In this document: positions 9,086 through 18,958 of the stretch, piece after piece
Position numbering within the stretch: position 1 is the first letter of the stretch
Layout of the letters: the number at the start of each line of letters is the position of its first letter
Source: Acidimicrobiia bacterium
Lineage (GTDB): Bacteria; Actinomycetota; Acidimicrobiia; Acidimicrobiales; Bin134
Assembly: GCA_009843865.1 (NCBI GenBank)
Contig: VYCQ01000023.1
Span: 64,320 to 128,319 of the forward strand
DNA length: 64,000 nt
Reading direction: 5' to 3'
Notes under the pieces: generated by a model
What the model was told of the DNA's origin: nothing
The model's database searches: none
Seen by the model: the letters and a program-made list of their open reading frames with translations, nothing else
Program-made: the position numbers and the translations under genes

Positions 9086-9861
9086 TTTTTACGTCTGGTT
9101 CTGGTTTTGGCAACCTCATGGGCAGCGTTTTCAAGTTGATCGTTTAACGGCGTTAGTTTCACGGGGTTTCTTGCATGTTCAAGTGCCCAGGCCAACAAGG
9201 TATCGGCTAGCCAAGGGTTTTTGGGCAGCAAAGGGCCATGTAAGTAGGTTCCTAGCACCTTGCCAGACACTGCTCCTTCACCGCCATCATTGCTGTTGTT
9301 ACCGTGGCCCTGCTGTAGCAGTGCTAAGGGGGTGCAGCCGGGGCCTAGGTGGGTGCGTCCAGCGTGATTTTCGTAGCCCACCACAATCTGAGTTTTGCCG
9401 TTGAGGGTCACCTCGGCTACTACATCGCCCACTAGACGATTGGTGTCTGCGGTGGTTTCTAAGTCTAAGAGCCCGATACCAGCTATGAACTCCTTCGTGC
9501 TGGTGTAGCTGTGACCAAGGAGTTGGTAACCCCCACACACCCCTAGCACTACCGCGCCGTTTGCGGCGGCTTTTAACAGCGGTTCAGCCTTAGCCGTAAG
9601 ATCTTCTGATACGGCTAGCTGATCTCGGTCTTGGCCTCCGCCGAGGTAGTAAAGGTTGCAATCATCGGGGATTGGAGTAGTAAGGCCAATCTCGACAACC
9701 TCTGATTTCAACCCTCTTTCAGCCATGCGATGGCGCAGGACGGCAATGTTGCCTCTATCGGCGTAAATGTTCATAAGCTGCGGGTAAAGGTGGCAGATTT
9801 TTATCCCCGCGCCGATGGTTGTATCAGCACAGGTTGGTGAGCCAGCGGCAGTGGGGCTCAT
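9082..9861 (-). CDS. gatD: lipid II isoglutaminyl synthase, glutamine amidotransferase subunit (CobQ/CobB-like GATase)
   Basis: GATase nucleophile elbow VLGVCGGYQLLG and a position immediately after murT. ATG 9861 overlaps the murT stop (ATGA), so I preferred it over 9873. Confidence 0.8.
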   Translation of the reverse strand: MSPTAAGSPTCADTTIGAGIKICHLYPQLMNIYADRGNIAVLRHRMAERGLKSEVVEIGLTTPIPDDCNLYYLGGGQDRDQLAVSEDLTAKAEPLLKAAANGAVVLGVCGGYQLLGHSYTSTKEFIAGIGLLDLETTADTNRLVGDVVAEVTLNGKTQIVVGYENHAGRTHLGPGCTPLALLQQGHGNNSNDGGEGAVSGKVLGTYLHGPLLPKNPWLADTLLAWALEHARNPVKLTPLNDQLENAAHEVAKTRTRRKK

Positions 9862-11270
9862 GTGTCTTCCCAAAATGCGGTGGTTAGCCCTCGTTTGGTT
9901 AGCAATTCTTGCAATTCCAATAATGCGGTGTAGGTAGGTAGTACATACAGACCACCGTGGGTGTTAGCAGAATTGATCGCAGCATCAAAGGCCGCAGGTA
10001 TGGGCATTAGCACCTTGATGCGGCTGGTATCAAGACCTGCATAGCGAAAACGCAGTGCCATGTCATAGGCCCTGTCACCGCCTATGGTGAGCGAAGTCAA
10101 GCGATTGCAGTTCAGCAACAGTTCGTAGTCCACATCCCATATCCAAGACACATCTCGGCCATCGGCAGTGCGGTTGTTTAGTAGCAGTAATAGATGGATA
10201 TGGCCTTTTAAGTCTAAGTTGCTGTCTAGCAAAATGGTGTGGATATTCTCGTTTGCCCCTGCTGGATTTTTGGCTAATAGCGTGGTCACGCGAACGTTGG
10301 ACACTTTTATGTGTTCTGCTCGACCAAAAGCAGCCCGACGTTTAGCGATAGTGGTGCTTACATCGCTGAGGGTTAGCTCAAGCGCAGATGTGCAGGCGAT
10401 GGCGGCTAACGCGTTATAAGAGTTGTGTAGTCCAGGTAGACGCAGCGATATTTCGGTGGGTCCTTGCGGTGTGATCGCAGACAGACGCTGCCCGGCGAGG
10501 CCATGCAGATCCACCTTGGTAGCGGTAATGTCGGTTTTGGGGCGCTGACGTTGGCACTTGTTGCAAGACCAGCGTCCGAGATGCGCGATGGTTACCATGT
10601 CGTAGGTCAGGGGGGTGTCGCAGTAGCGACAGTGTGTGGAATCTGAAGCATGAGGCAGGCCACCTCGGTCTGTGCGGGGATCGTCTACTCCATAGGTCAG
10701 AGTTTGGGCGTGTTTTGATGCGATATAGGTGATGCCAGGATCATCAGCGTTGTAAACCACCGTGGTTGTTGTAGGTAGTTGCGCTATAGCGGTGTGCCAT
10801 CGATCAACTAGCAGTTCTAGCTCTCCGTAGCGATCTAGTTGATCTCTAAACAGGTTATGTAATACCACCACGCGGGGTTTGGTTTTCACCATGAGCCCAT
10901 CTAAAGCAGCCTCATCCACCTCAAAAAGAGCTATATTTGCTTTATCAGCATCTAAGAGCGCGTTGCTCACACCTCGTTCTAAATTGGAACCAGCAGTGTT
11001 GGCCACAACTCTGAAATCACAGGCATTTAGGGCAGCTCGGATGAGGCGCGCTGTGGTGGTTTTGCCGTTGGTGCCCGACACCAAAATTATTCCGTCAGAT
11101 ATAGCTTTTGACATCTCACTGGTGGCGGTGGGGCGCAAGCAGTTCAACACAAGCCCACCGATGGTGGTGCCACCACCTCGTTTGAGCTTTTGGGATAGGC
11201 GGTTTGCGCTCCTAGCGGCACCGATAGCTAAACCCTGAGGAACTGCTGGCAGCTTTATCTTTGTAATCAT
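9858..11270 (-). CDS. murT: lipid II isoglutaminyl synthase, Mur-ligase-like subunit
   Basis: Mur ligase P-loop GTNGKTTT, a four-Cys ribbon (CRYC...CNKC) and a DUF1727-like C-terminus. Paired with gatD. Confidence 0.85.
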   Translation of the reverse strand: MITKIKLPAVPQGLAIGAARSANRLSQKLKRGGGTTIGGLVLNCLRPTATSEMSKAISDGIILVSGTNGKTTTARLIRAALNACDFRVVANTAGSNLERGVSNALLDADKANIALFEVDEAALDGLMVKTKPRVVVLHNLFRDQLDRYGELELLVDRWHTAIAQLPTTTTVVYNADDPGITYIASKHAQTLTYGVDDPRTDRGGLPHASDSTHCRYCDTPLTYDMVTIAHLGRWSCNKCQRQRPKTDITATKVDLHGLAGQRLSAITPQGPTEISLRLPGLHNSYNALAAIACTSALELTLSDVSTTIAKRRAAFGRAEHIKVSNVRVTTLLAKNPAGANENIHTILLDSNLDLKGHIHLLLLLNNRTADGRDVSWIWDVDYELLLNCNRLTSLTIGGDRAYDMALRFRYAGLDTSRIKVLMPIPAAFDAAINSANTHGGLYVLPTYTALLELQELLTKRGLTTAFWEDT

Positions 11271-11298
11271 CGGTGGGTTACGGTTAACAGGTAGAGCA

Positions 11299-12303
11299 TT
11301 AGCCGTTGCTGTTGTTGTAGCTGTTGTTATGAAGTATTAAGCCCGCATTATCTTTGGCACGTTGCAAGGTGGCTGAGGCCACGACCCTAGCTTTGTCGGC
11401 ACCAATTGCTAGTAGGTGGGTTATTTCTGTGGGATCGCTCATAAACTCTGCATAGCTCTGCCTGATGGGTGCCAACAGGTCAATCACCGCGTCGGCAGTG
11501 TCTGTTTTGAGCGCTCCGTATTGAGAGTAATCTTCTCCAACTGCTTCAGGAGTGCGGTTGGTGGCAGCAGCTAAAATGCCTAGCAAATTGGAGACCCCGG
11601 GCTTTGCGGCGGGGTCATAGCGAACTTCGCCGTCACTATCGGTGACAGCGCGTTTGAACTTTCGGGCAATGGAGGTGTTGTCTTCTGTAAGGCCGATGGT
11701 GCCTGGAGAATCAAGGGACTTAGACATCTTGTCTTGTGGGTTTTGTAAATCCATGATCCGCGCACCGGCTTTGGGGATCATATGGCTGGGTACTGCCAAG
11801 GTTTCGCCGTAACGGTTGTTGAAGCGCTCGGCAATATCCCTGCATAGCTCAATGTGTTGGCGTTGATCTTCACCTACGGGTACTAGCTCGGTGTCGTAAA
11901 GCAAAATATCGGAGGCTTGCAGAGCCGGATAGGTAAACAGTCCTGCTGATATAAACTCGGTCCGATCCGACTTATCTTTGAATTGCGTCATGCGCCGTAG
12001 TTCACCAAACCCCACTGTGCATTCCATCATCCAGGCCAGCTCAGCATGTTCTCCCACAGTGCTTTGTGCGAACAAGGTGGAGTCATTGGGCCTGATGCCT
12101 GCAGACATAAGTAGTCCAGCGGTGGTGAGGGTGTTGGCACGTAGATCTGCGGGATTAGGGGCGGTGGTTAAAGCGTGCAGGTCCACCACGCAATAAATGC
12201 ACTGGTGCTTATCTTGGAGGGCTACCCAGTTGCGGACTGCGCCCAAGTAGTTACCCAGATGCATGCCTCCGGAAGGTTGGATTCCCGAAAAAGTGCGAGC
12301 CAC
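11299..12303 (-). CDS. trpS: tryptophan--tRNA ligase
   Basis: Class Ic aaRS with a GGMHLGNYLG (HIGH-type) motif and KMSKS; 334 aa. Confidence 0.92.
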   Translation of the reverse strand: MARTFSGIQPSGGMHLGNYLGAVRNWVALQDKHQCIYCVVDLHALTTAPNPADLRANTLTTAGLLMSAGIRPNDSTLFAQSTVGEHAELAWMMECTVGFGELRRMTQFKDKSDRTEFISAGLFTYPALQASDILLYDTELVPVGEDQRQHIELCRDIAERFNNRYGETLAVPSHMIPKAGARIMDLQNPQDKMSKSLDSPGTIGLTEDNTSIARKFKRAVTDSDGEVRYDPAAKPGVSNLLGILAAATNRTPEAVGEDYSQYGALKTDTADAVIDLLAPIRQSYAEFMSDPTEITHLLAIGADKARVVASATLQRAKDNAGLILHNNSYNNSNG

Positions 12304-12435
12304 CTGCTCAAAATACCCTGAAAGAACTTAGATCACAGGGCAATTACAATGTATAGGCATGCTTATGTGGTATCTAAACCCCCCAACTGCGGCTAGATGC
12401 GTTATGGCTCCGCAGGCTGGTTCTACACTTGGGCG

Positions 12436-13245
12436 ATGATTTCATCTCTGCGTACCACAGCACCTGGTAAGCCTTTTGCGGTGCATACTCAGGTGTTTGA
12501 GGGGCCTTTAGATCTTTTGCTGCACCTTATTTTGCGTGAAGAGGTGGATCTGTATGAGGTGCAGGTGGGCGACATCGTAGATGCCTACTTGACAGAGTTG
12601 GAATGTATGGAACAGATCAACTTAGAGGTGGCCACCGAGTTTCTGTTGATTGCTGCCACGCTCGTGCAACTCAAGAGCAGCCGTTTGCTGCCTGAGTGCA
12701 CGGGGCTTGATCTAGACGATGAGCTAGCTCTGTGGTCAGAGCGTGACTTGCTGTTGGCTCGCCTGTTGGAATGCCATACTTTTAAAGCAGCAGCACAAGC
12801 TCTAGAGCAATTAGCAGTTGTTGCTGCTCGAAGCTTGCCGCGGTGCAGTGGACCCGATGAGCGTTATTTGAATCTGATGCCTGATTTTATGGAAGGGGTG
12901 GGGTCTGATGACATTCGGGCGGCGTTTTTACGCGCTACAGCAACTCCTCCTACTTCTAAGGTGGACATAGCTCACATTACCGATATTCCGATTAGCGTGA
13001 ATGAGGTGGCCGCAGAATTGATGCGGTGCCTGCCTAGTATGGGTGTTAGCAGTTTTCGCGAGTGTACCGATGACTTAGACACCACTATTGAAGTGGTGGT
13101 GTACTTCTTGGCTGTTTTGGAGCTTTATAAGCGGGGGTTAGTGGAGTTATCACAAGCTTCTACGTTTGGCGATATCACTATTTCTTGGCAAGATGGGGTT
13201 AATGTAGCCGACTCGCTAGCGGGGATAGACGCATATGACGGCTGA
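12436..13245 (+). CDS. scpA: segregation and condensation protein A
   Basis: Typical ScpA N-terminus FEGPLDLLLHLI, followed by scpB. Internal ATG 12436 is preferred to 12397; the start is uncertain. Confidence 0.85.
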   Translation: MISSLRTTAPGKPFAVHTQVFEGPLDLLLHLILREEVDLYEVQVGDIVDAYLTELECMEQINLEVATEFLLIAATLVQLKSSRLLPECTGLDLDDELALWSERDLLLARLLECHTFKAAAQALEQLAVVAARSLPRCSGPDERYLNLMPDFMEGVGSDDIRAAFLRATATPPTSKVDIAHITDIPISVNEVAAELMRCLPSMGVSSFRECTDDLDTTIEVVVYFLAVLELYKRGLVELSQASTFGDITISWQDGVNVADSLAGIDAYDG

Positions 13246-13885
13246 GTCCAACAAGGATGCTAGTAATAGCGTCAGCTCTAGCAACAACGCTTTTTTGAGT
13301 TTGGAGGTTCGTCAGGTGGTGGAAGCCATCGTGATGGTTGCCGATGAGCCGGTGCCCGCTGGCCTCATGGCGCAATTGTTGGAGATACCTATTCAACAGG
13401 TGGAGAGCATCTGCGCCCAATTAATTGCTGAGTACGATGCCCAGAGACGGGGTTTTGAGCTGGTGAAGGTAGCAGGTGGTTACCGTTATCGCAGTCACCC
13501 CGATGCTGAGTCTTATGTGAAGCGTTTTGTGCTGAGCGGTCAAAGTACACGCTTGTCATCGGCTGCATTAGAGACGCTAGCCATTGTTGCTTATAAACAG
13601 CCTTTGTCGCGAGCTCAAGTGTCGGCCATCCGTGGTGTTAATGCTGAAGGTGCCATGCGTACTTTGGAGCAGCGCGGGTTCTTGGAAGAGGTGGGTCGCG
13701 ATGTGGGCCCCGGTCAGGCTAGGTTGTTTTGCACAACACCAGCATTTTTGGAGCGGTTGGGTCTGAACTCGCTTGAAGAACTACCCCCTTTAGCTAACTT
13801 TGTGCCCGGCGAAGAGGTTATCGAAGCTTTAGAGATTAGCTTGATGGTCGATAACACACCGGCTGTTGAGCCGCCATCGCAGTGA
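13235..13885 (+). CDS. scpB: segregation and condensation protein B
   Basis: ScpB-like winged-helix repeats (LEAIVMVADEPV..., ETLAIVAYKQPLSRAQVSAIRGV). Overlaps the scpA end. Confidence 0.85.
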   Translation: MTAESNKDASNSVSSSNNAFLSLEVRQVVEAIVMVADEPVPAGLMAQLLEIPIQQVESICAQLIAEYDAQRRGFELVKVAGGYRYRSHPDAESYVKRFVLSGQSTRLSSAALETLAIVAYKQPLSRAQVSAIRGVNAEGAMRTLEQRGFLEEVGRDVGPGQARLFCTTPAFLERLGLNSLEELPPLANFVPGEEVIEALEISLMVDNTPAVEPPSQ

Positions 13886-14640
13886 GCGATCCTAAGTTAT
13901 CTGGCTCAGAACCAATTCCAGCGGGGCGGATACAAAAGGTGTTGGCCGCAGCAGGGGTGGCCAGCCGTCGTGCGGTGGAAGAGTTAGTAGAGCAGGGCCG
14001 TATTGACGTGAACGGTAAACCAGCTCGTTTAGGTCAGCGGGTGGATCCCAACACAGACACGGTAGCTGTGGATGATCAAATTGTCGGGCTACACAACGAC
14101 CTCGTGCATTATCTGCTCAACAAACCAGTAGGTGTAATCTCTTCGGCGGATGATCCCCAAGATCGTCTTACGGTGGTAGAGATGGTGCCTAGGCAGCCTC
14201 GGGTGTTTCCGGTTGGCCGTTTAGATGCTGATAGCGAGGGCTTGCTGATCCTTACTAATAATGGGGCGTTGGCTCAGAAGCTCACGCACCCCTCTTTTGG
14301 GGTAGCCAAGGAATATTGGGTACTTGTGAAGGGCAACCCTAGCCGAGGAGTTTTACGACAACTACGTGAGGGCGTGGAGTTAGAAGACGGGTTAGCTAGG
14401 GCAGTGGCGATATCGCTTCCACAAACCTCGACAATTCGCATCGTGGTCAATGAAGGCCGCAATCGGCTGGTACGACGTATGTGCGATGCGGTTGGCCATC
14501 CCGTGAAGCGTCTGGTGCGCACCCGCATAGGTCCCATAGCGGATCGTAAGCTGCATCCGGGGGCTTGGCGAGGGTTAGCCCAAGCAGAAGTGCGCCAATT
14601 AGAGGGTCTAGGCAAGCCTGATTGCAATAGTGGAACCTGA
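13882..14640 (+). CDS. rluB: pseudouridine synthase, RsuA/RluB family with S4 domain
   Basis: S4 domain (RIQKVLAAAGVASRR) plus the catalytic motif GRLDADSEGLLILTNNG. Confidence 0.85.
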   Translation: MSDPKLSGSEPIPAGRIQKVLAAAGVASRRAVEELVEQGRIDVNGKPARLGQRVDPNTDTVAVDDQIVGLHNDLVHYLLNKPVGVISSADDPQDRLTVVEMVPRQPRVFPVGRLDADSEGLLILTNNGALAQKLTHPSFGVAKEYWVLVKGNPSRGVLRQLREGVELEDGLARAVAISLPQTSTIRIVVNEGRNRLVRRMCDAVGHPVKRLVRTRIGPIADRKLHPGAWRGLAQAEVRQLEGLGKPDCNSGT

Positions 14641-14669
14641 AGAGGTTAAAGAATCAGTAAAATCTGGGC

Positions 14670-15038
14670 GTGGGTAGTACTGTGCGCGCTTTAAGGGGTG
14701 CCACCACCGTTGATATTGATACACCCGAGCAGATTCAAGAGCGCGTGATAGCGCTTTTGGCCGCTCTCATTGAGCGCAATGACCTCAACCATGATGATCT
14801 TATTAGCGTTCTTTTTACAGCCACCTCTGACATTCACGCTGCTTTTCCTGCCGCAGCGGCAAGGGTCTTTGGTTTAGGTGATGTCCCGCTGCTGTGTGCT
14901 CAAGAGTTGGATATCACGGGCGGTACATCAATGTGTGTGCGGGTGCTTCTCCATTTAAATACTGAGCGTGGACGTGAGGAACTGCATCATGTTTATCTTG
15001 AAGGTGCTAAAGGCTTGCGTGATGACCTGCCCGAATAG
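14670..15038 (+). CDS. aroH: chorismate mutase, AroH class
   Basis: 122 aa with the N-terminal RALRGATT motif characteristic of monofunctional AroH-type enzymes. Sits in an aromatic amino-acid gene context. Confidence 0.8.
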   Translation: MGSTVRALRGATTVDIDTPEQIQERVIALLAALIERNDLNHDDLISVLFTATSDIHAAFPAAAARVFGLGDVPLLCAQELDITGGTSMCVRVLLHLNTERGREELHHVYLEGAKGLRDDLPE

Positions 15039-16165
15039 TGGTCAGCTTCCCAGAGGCTAAAGAGATGGCTTGCCCAATGGCTAACACCAAACCTCAACGC
15101 CGAGCGGCCGTAGTGGGTACTGGCTTGATAGGTGGGTCTATAGGTCTTGCGCTACGCGAGCAGGGGTGGTGGGTAACCGGCTGCGATCAAGACGGCGACG
15201 TGGCTGCTCAAGCCCTTGCTCGTGGTGCTCTTAGCGAAATAGGTCTGCCCGTTGATGCGGAGATCACCTTTGTGTCCACGCCAGTGGCCTCAATTGTGGC
15301 CGAAGTCCGCAAGGCGTTAGCAGCTAATAGCGGGCTTGTCACCGATGTTGGTGGTGTCAAGACCTCAATCGTGGCTGATGTTGATGACCCGCGGTTTCTT
15401 GGTGGACATCCAATGGCTGGCAGTGAGCAAGAAGGCATTGCGGGTGCTCGAGCCGACCTTTTTCAAAACGCTGTGTGGGTGCTTACTCCTACTGATAAAA
15501 CCGACGACGACACCCTGGTGAAAACCCGCTCGGTGGTGGCTTCTTTAAACGCCGATGTGATGTCGCTGGCACCTGAGCGTCACGACGCGCTGGTGGCGGT
15601 TGTATCTCATGTGCCTCACCTCACTGCGGCGACCCTCATGGCCCTAGCCGACGATCGATCTGAAGAGCATCGGGCTATGCTGCGTTTAGCTGCTGGTGGT
15701 TTTCGTGATATGACCCGTATCGCTTCGGGGCATCCCGGCATTTGGCCCGACATTTGCAAGGAGAATGCCGAGGCCATTTGTATTACGCTAGATCGCTTTA
15801 TTGGTTCTCTCCAGCAGGTGCGTAGCTTGGTGGCTGAAGGGAACCACAACGGCTTATTGCAGTTTTTAGAGCAGGCCCGTCATGCTCGTTCGCATCTGCC
15901 GTATGGCCTAGAGCGTCATGTGGTGCTTGCTGAGGTGCGGATAGCGGTGTTTGACCGGCCAGGTGAGCTAGCACGTATCACTAGCCTTACCACTGAAATT
16001 GGCGTGAACATTTATGACCTAGAGATTGCTCACTCTGTGGAAGGAGGTCGGGGTGTGGCCATCATGGTCGTGGATAATGAGAAGGTCTCTAGCCTGCTAG
16101 AAGCTTTGCGTGAGCAAGGCTATGCACCGTCGGTAAGGTTGCTGGAAACTAGCTCTTTGTCATGA
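15038..16165 (+). CDS. tyrA: prephenate dehydrogenase with C-terminal ACT domain
   Basis: Rossmann motif GTGLIGGS and GGHPMAGSE, with an ACT-like C-terminus. The start could instead be ATG 15077. Confidence 0.85.
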   Translation: MVSFPEAKEMACPMANTKPQRRAAVVGTGLIGGSIGLALREQGWWVTGCDQDGDVAAQALARGALSEIGLPVDAEITFVSTPVASIVAEVRKALAANSGLVTDVGGVKTSIVADVDDPRFLGGHPMAGSEQEGIAGARADLFQNAVWVLTPTDKTDDDTLVKTRSVVASLNADVMSLAPERHDALVAVVSHVPHLTAATLMALADDRSEEHRAMLRLAAGGFRDMTRIASGHPGIWPDICKENAEAICITLDRFIGSLQQVRSLVAEGNHNGLLQFLEQARHARSHLPYGLERHVVLAEVRIAVFDRPGELARITSLTTEIGVNIYDLEIAHSVEGGRGVAIMVVDNEKVSSLLEALREQGYAPSVRLLETSSLS

Positions 16166-17502
16166 GCTCAACAACCACCGCTAGCACCCAGCCCGTCACC
16201 ATTGCAGGGGGTTACAGCTTCAATGGGCATCTAAAGGTGCCAGGGGACAAGTCGATTGCCCATCGGGCGCTGATGATCGCAGCTCTTGGGCAGCGGCCTT
16301 GTGAGATCTGGGGTCTTGCTGATGGCCAAGACGTTCATCACACTCGCCAAGCGGTGGAGGCTTTGGGCGCTCATGTAGAAGATCTAACAGACAACGCTGT
16401 GCGGGTCACCGGTGGATTGACTGGTACCTCAGAGCCTATTTTTCTCGGCAATTCTGGTACCAGTATTCGGTTGTTGGCAGGCATGGTTGCAGGCTTTGAT
16501 TTCAACACAATTTTGGACGGAGATGCTTCTATTCGCCGTCGCCCAATGGCCAGGGTTATTGAACCCCTTACAGCTATGGGTGGGTCTGTGCAAGGCAGCG
16601 GCCCTGAAGGTTCCTTAGCGCCGTTGAGCATTCATGGTCGTAGGCTACGCGGGGTGTACCACAGCTTGCCGGTGGCCTCGGCACAGGTGAAAAGTGCTTT
16701 GCTGCTTGCCGGATTGCAAGCTCAAGGGACTACCACGGTGCATGAAACACAGCTCACTCGCACCCATACTGAGGAGATGCTTGTAGCCGCAGGTGCCAAG
16801 CTTCAACGCAACGACTTGACGGTAACAATCTGGCCAGGGCCGCTGGATCCTTCTGACATCCATGTTCCAGGTGATCCCTCGCAAGCTGCGTTTTGGCTGG
16901 TGGGGGCTTGCATGACACCCGACAGCAACCTCACGGTGTCAAATGTTTACCTTGGCCCCGCTAGAGATGGCTTTTTAGAGGTGTTGCAAAGCATGGGGGC
17001 CGACATTGACGTGGATTCTTCGTCGGGCGATATCAGAGCTCGCAGTAGCGTGCTCACCGCTACTCGTGTAGCAGCTGATAAGTTGCCCCGCTGTATTGAT
17101 GAGGTTCCCATCTTGGCAGTTGCTGCCGCTGCTTCAGAAGGGGTGACGGTTTTTGAGGGTGTAGAAGAGCTGCGGGTCAAAGAAAGCGATAGGGTGGCCG
17201 CTATTGTTGATCTTCTGGTTGGTTTAGGAGTTGATTGTCAGGTTCTAATCCAAAACGGGCGCCAGTGCTTAGGTGTAAGCGGAATCGGCAATGGGCAAAA
17301 GTTTAAGAGTGCCATTGTGAATGCCCGCGCTGACCACCGCATAGCCATGGCTGCCGCGATAGCTGGGGCAGTGTGTGTGGGGTCGGTTACCGTAGAGGGC
17401 TTTGAGTCAACTGCCACTAGCTATCCTGGTTTTGCTCGAGATCTAACAGTGGTGTCTGGCACCGCAGTAGTTGGTGCTGATAGCAATGAGGCAATCTCAT
17501 GA
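16162..17502 (+). CDS. aroA: 3-phosphoshikimate 1-carboxyvinyltransferase (EPSP synthase)
   Basis: LGNSGTSIRLL motif in a full-length EPSP synthase-like protein of 446 aa. Confidence 0.9.
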   Translation: MSSTTTASTQPVTIAGGYSFNGHLKVPGDKSIAHRALMIAALGQRPCEIWGLADGQDVHHTRQAVEALGAHVEDLTDNAVRVTGGLTGTSEPIFLGNSGTSIRLLAGMVAGFDFNTILDGDASIRRRPMARVIEPLTAMGGSVQGSGPEGSLAPLSIHGRRLRGVYHSLPVASAQVKSALLLAGLQAQGTTTVHETQLTRTHTEEMLVAAGAKLQRNDLTVTIWPGPLDPSDIHVPGDPSQAAFWLVGACMTPDSNLTVSNVYLGPARDGFLEVLQSMGADIDVDSSSGDIRARSSVLTATRVAADKLPRCIDEVPILAVAAAASEGVTVFEGVEELRVKESDRVAAIVDLLVGLGVDCQVLIQNGRQCLGVSGIGNGQKFKSAIVNARADHRIAMAAAIAGAVCVGSVTVEGFESTATSYPGFARDLTVVSGTAVVGADSNEAIS

Positions 17503-18188
17503 GCCAAGAACCTCAACACCAGGCTTTTTGTGCAGGCGATCATTTGGCTAGCGAAGTTTTGGTAGTTGCAATTGATGGCCCAGCGGGATCGGGTAAGTCT
17601 ACTGTGGCTAAACGCTTAGCTCAACGACTTGGTTTGGAGTACTTAGACACCGGTGCTATGTACAGGTCGGTGGCATTTGCTGTGATGGCCCGCGTGATTG
17701 ATTTGGTGGATGCCGAGGCCGTTGTAGAAGTGGCTAAAAATAGCGTTATTGATATTCAAGACAGCACCGTCACGGTTGATGGTGTGGATGCCACTACTCA
17801 GATTAGAGGCCCCGAGGTGACCCGTTCGGTGAGCACTGTGGCAGCTATTCCGGGGGTGCGAGATGTGCTGCGGGTACGTCAAAGGGCTTGGGTAATAGAA
17901 CGCGGTGGGGGAGTGCTAGAGGGGCGTGATATTGGTACTGCGGTTTTTCCCGAAGCTCAGCTCAAGGTATACCTGAGCGCATCTTCACAGGTGCGAGCAG
18001 CTCGACGTGCAGGTGAGGTGAGCGCCTTGGATTATGAAACAGTGGCTGCTGATTTAGCTGCCCGTGATGCTGCCGATACCACCCGTCAGCACGACCCGCT
18101 TACCCAAGCTCCCGATGCCCTACACCTAGATACCACAGATATCAGCATTGAAGAGGTGGTAGAAACCCTCGTAGCTAGGCTTAGCTGA
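17499..18188 (+). CDS. cmk: cytidylate kinase
   Basis: P-loop GPAGSGKST with YLDTGAMYR; 229 aa. Confidence 0.9.
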   Translation: MSQEPQHQAFCAGDHLASEVLVVAIDGPAGSGKSTVAKRLAQRLGLEYLDTGAMYRSVAFAVMARVIDLVDAEAVVEVAKNSVIDIQDSTVTVDGVDATTQIRGPEVTRSVSTVAAIPGVRDVLRVRQRAWVIERGGGVLEGRDIGTAVFPEAQLKVYLSASSQVRAARRAGEVSALDYETVAADLAARDAADTTRQHDPLTQAPDALHLDTTDISIEEVVETLVARLS

Positions 18189-18192
18189 GGTC

Positions 18193-18912
18193 ATGTCTGA
18201 ACACGGCGAGCAGTTACATCCCCAAGTTTTGGAGGCCAAGGGACGAGTGGCTACTGTCGCGTTTCACTTTTGCGCTCAGCGTTTAGCGCGGTTCATCTTT
18301 GGTATTTATTTTCGCTGCTACACGCGAGGGCGACGCAACCTGCCTGCTACAGGAGGGGCGATCATCGCTCCAACTCATCGTTCTAACTTGGACACTCCGA
18401 TGTTAGGTGCCTCCGCAGGTAGACCGCTGCGATATTTTGCTAAAAGCGGGCTGTTTCGTGGACCCATCACCACCTGGATGCTTGTGACTATGGGGGCGTT
18501 TCCAGTGCGGCGTGACAAGATCGATCGCAGTGCTTTGAAGGCAGCGCTTGCTGTGTTAGAAGCAGGTCAGCCGCTGGTCGTGTTTCCTGAAGGCGAACGC
18601 AAGACAGGTACTCGTATCTTTCCGCTGATGGAAGGGGTGGTATGGCTTTCTGCTCGCGCTCAAGTGCCAGTTGTTCCGGTGGCTATAGGCGGCACTGAAC
18701 GCGCTATGGGTGTAGGGGTGCGTATACCTCGGCCCCATAAGGTTCGTTTTGTGTGGGGCAAGCCCATAGACCCTCCTCAAACCAACGATCAAGGGCGATT
18801 AAGCCGTGCAGCATTAGCCGCATACTCCGAACAGATGCGTAGCATACTTCAGGCCATGTTTGATGAAGTGCAAGGCGAGTTGGGGTTACCGATTTGGTTG
18901 CCAGAAAGCTGA
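18193..18912 (+). CDS. plsC: 1-acyl-sn-glycerol-3-phosphate acyltransferase family protein
   Basis: Acyltransferase blocks HRSNLD and FPEGER. Confidence 0.8.
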   Translation: MSEHGEQLHPQVLEAKGRVATVAFHFCAQRLARFIFGIYFRCYTRGRRNLPATGGAIIAPTHRSNLDTPMLGASAGRPLRYFAKSGLFRGPITTWMLVTMGAFPVRRDKIDRSALKAALAVLEAGQPLVVFPEGERKTGTRIFPLMEGVVWLSARAQVPVVPVAIGGTERAMGVGVRIPRPHKVRFVWGKPIDPPQTNDQGRLSRAALAAYSEQMRSILQAMFDEVQGELGLPIWLPES

Positions 18913-18920
18913 ATAGCAAG

Positions 18921-18937
18921 TCAGGCAGCCTGATTTT
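18921..18937 (+). terminator. weak hairpin plus T-run between convergent plsC and ispH
   Basis: tcagg-cag-cctga followed by tttt. The stem is short, so this is low confidence. Confidence 0.3.
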
Positions 18938-18958
18938 AGCATGCTTATAAGCAGTGCA

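Noticed and set aside
18942-18953. The 12-nt palindrome TGCTTATAAGCA between plsC and ispH.
   Set aside because: It is too short to form a stable hairpin with a loop and is most likely chance. Only the adjacent weak hairpin plus T-run is listed, at low confidence.
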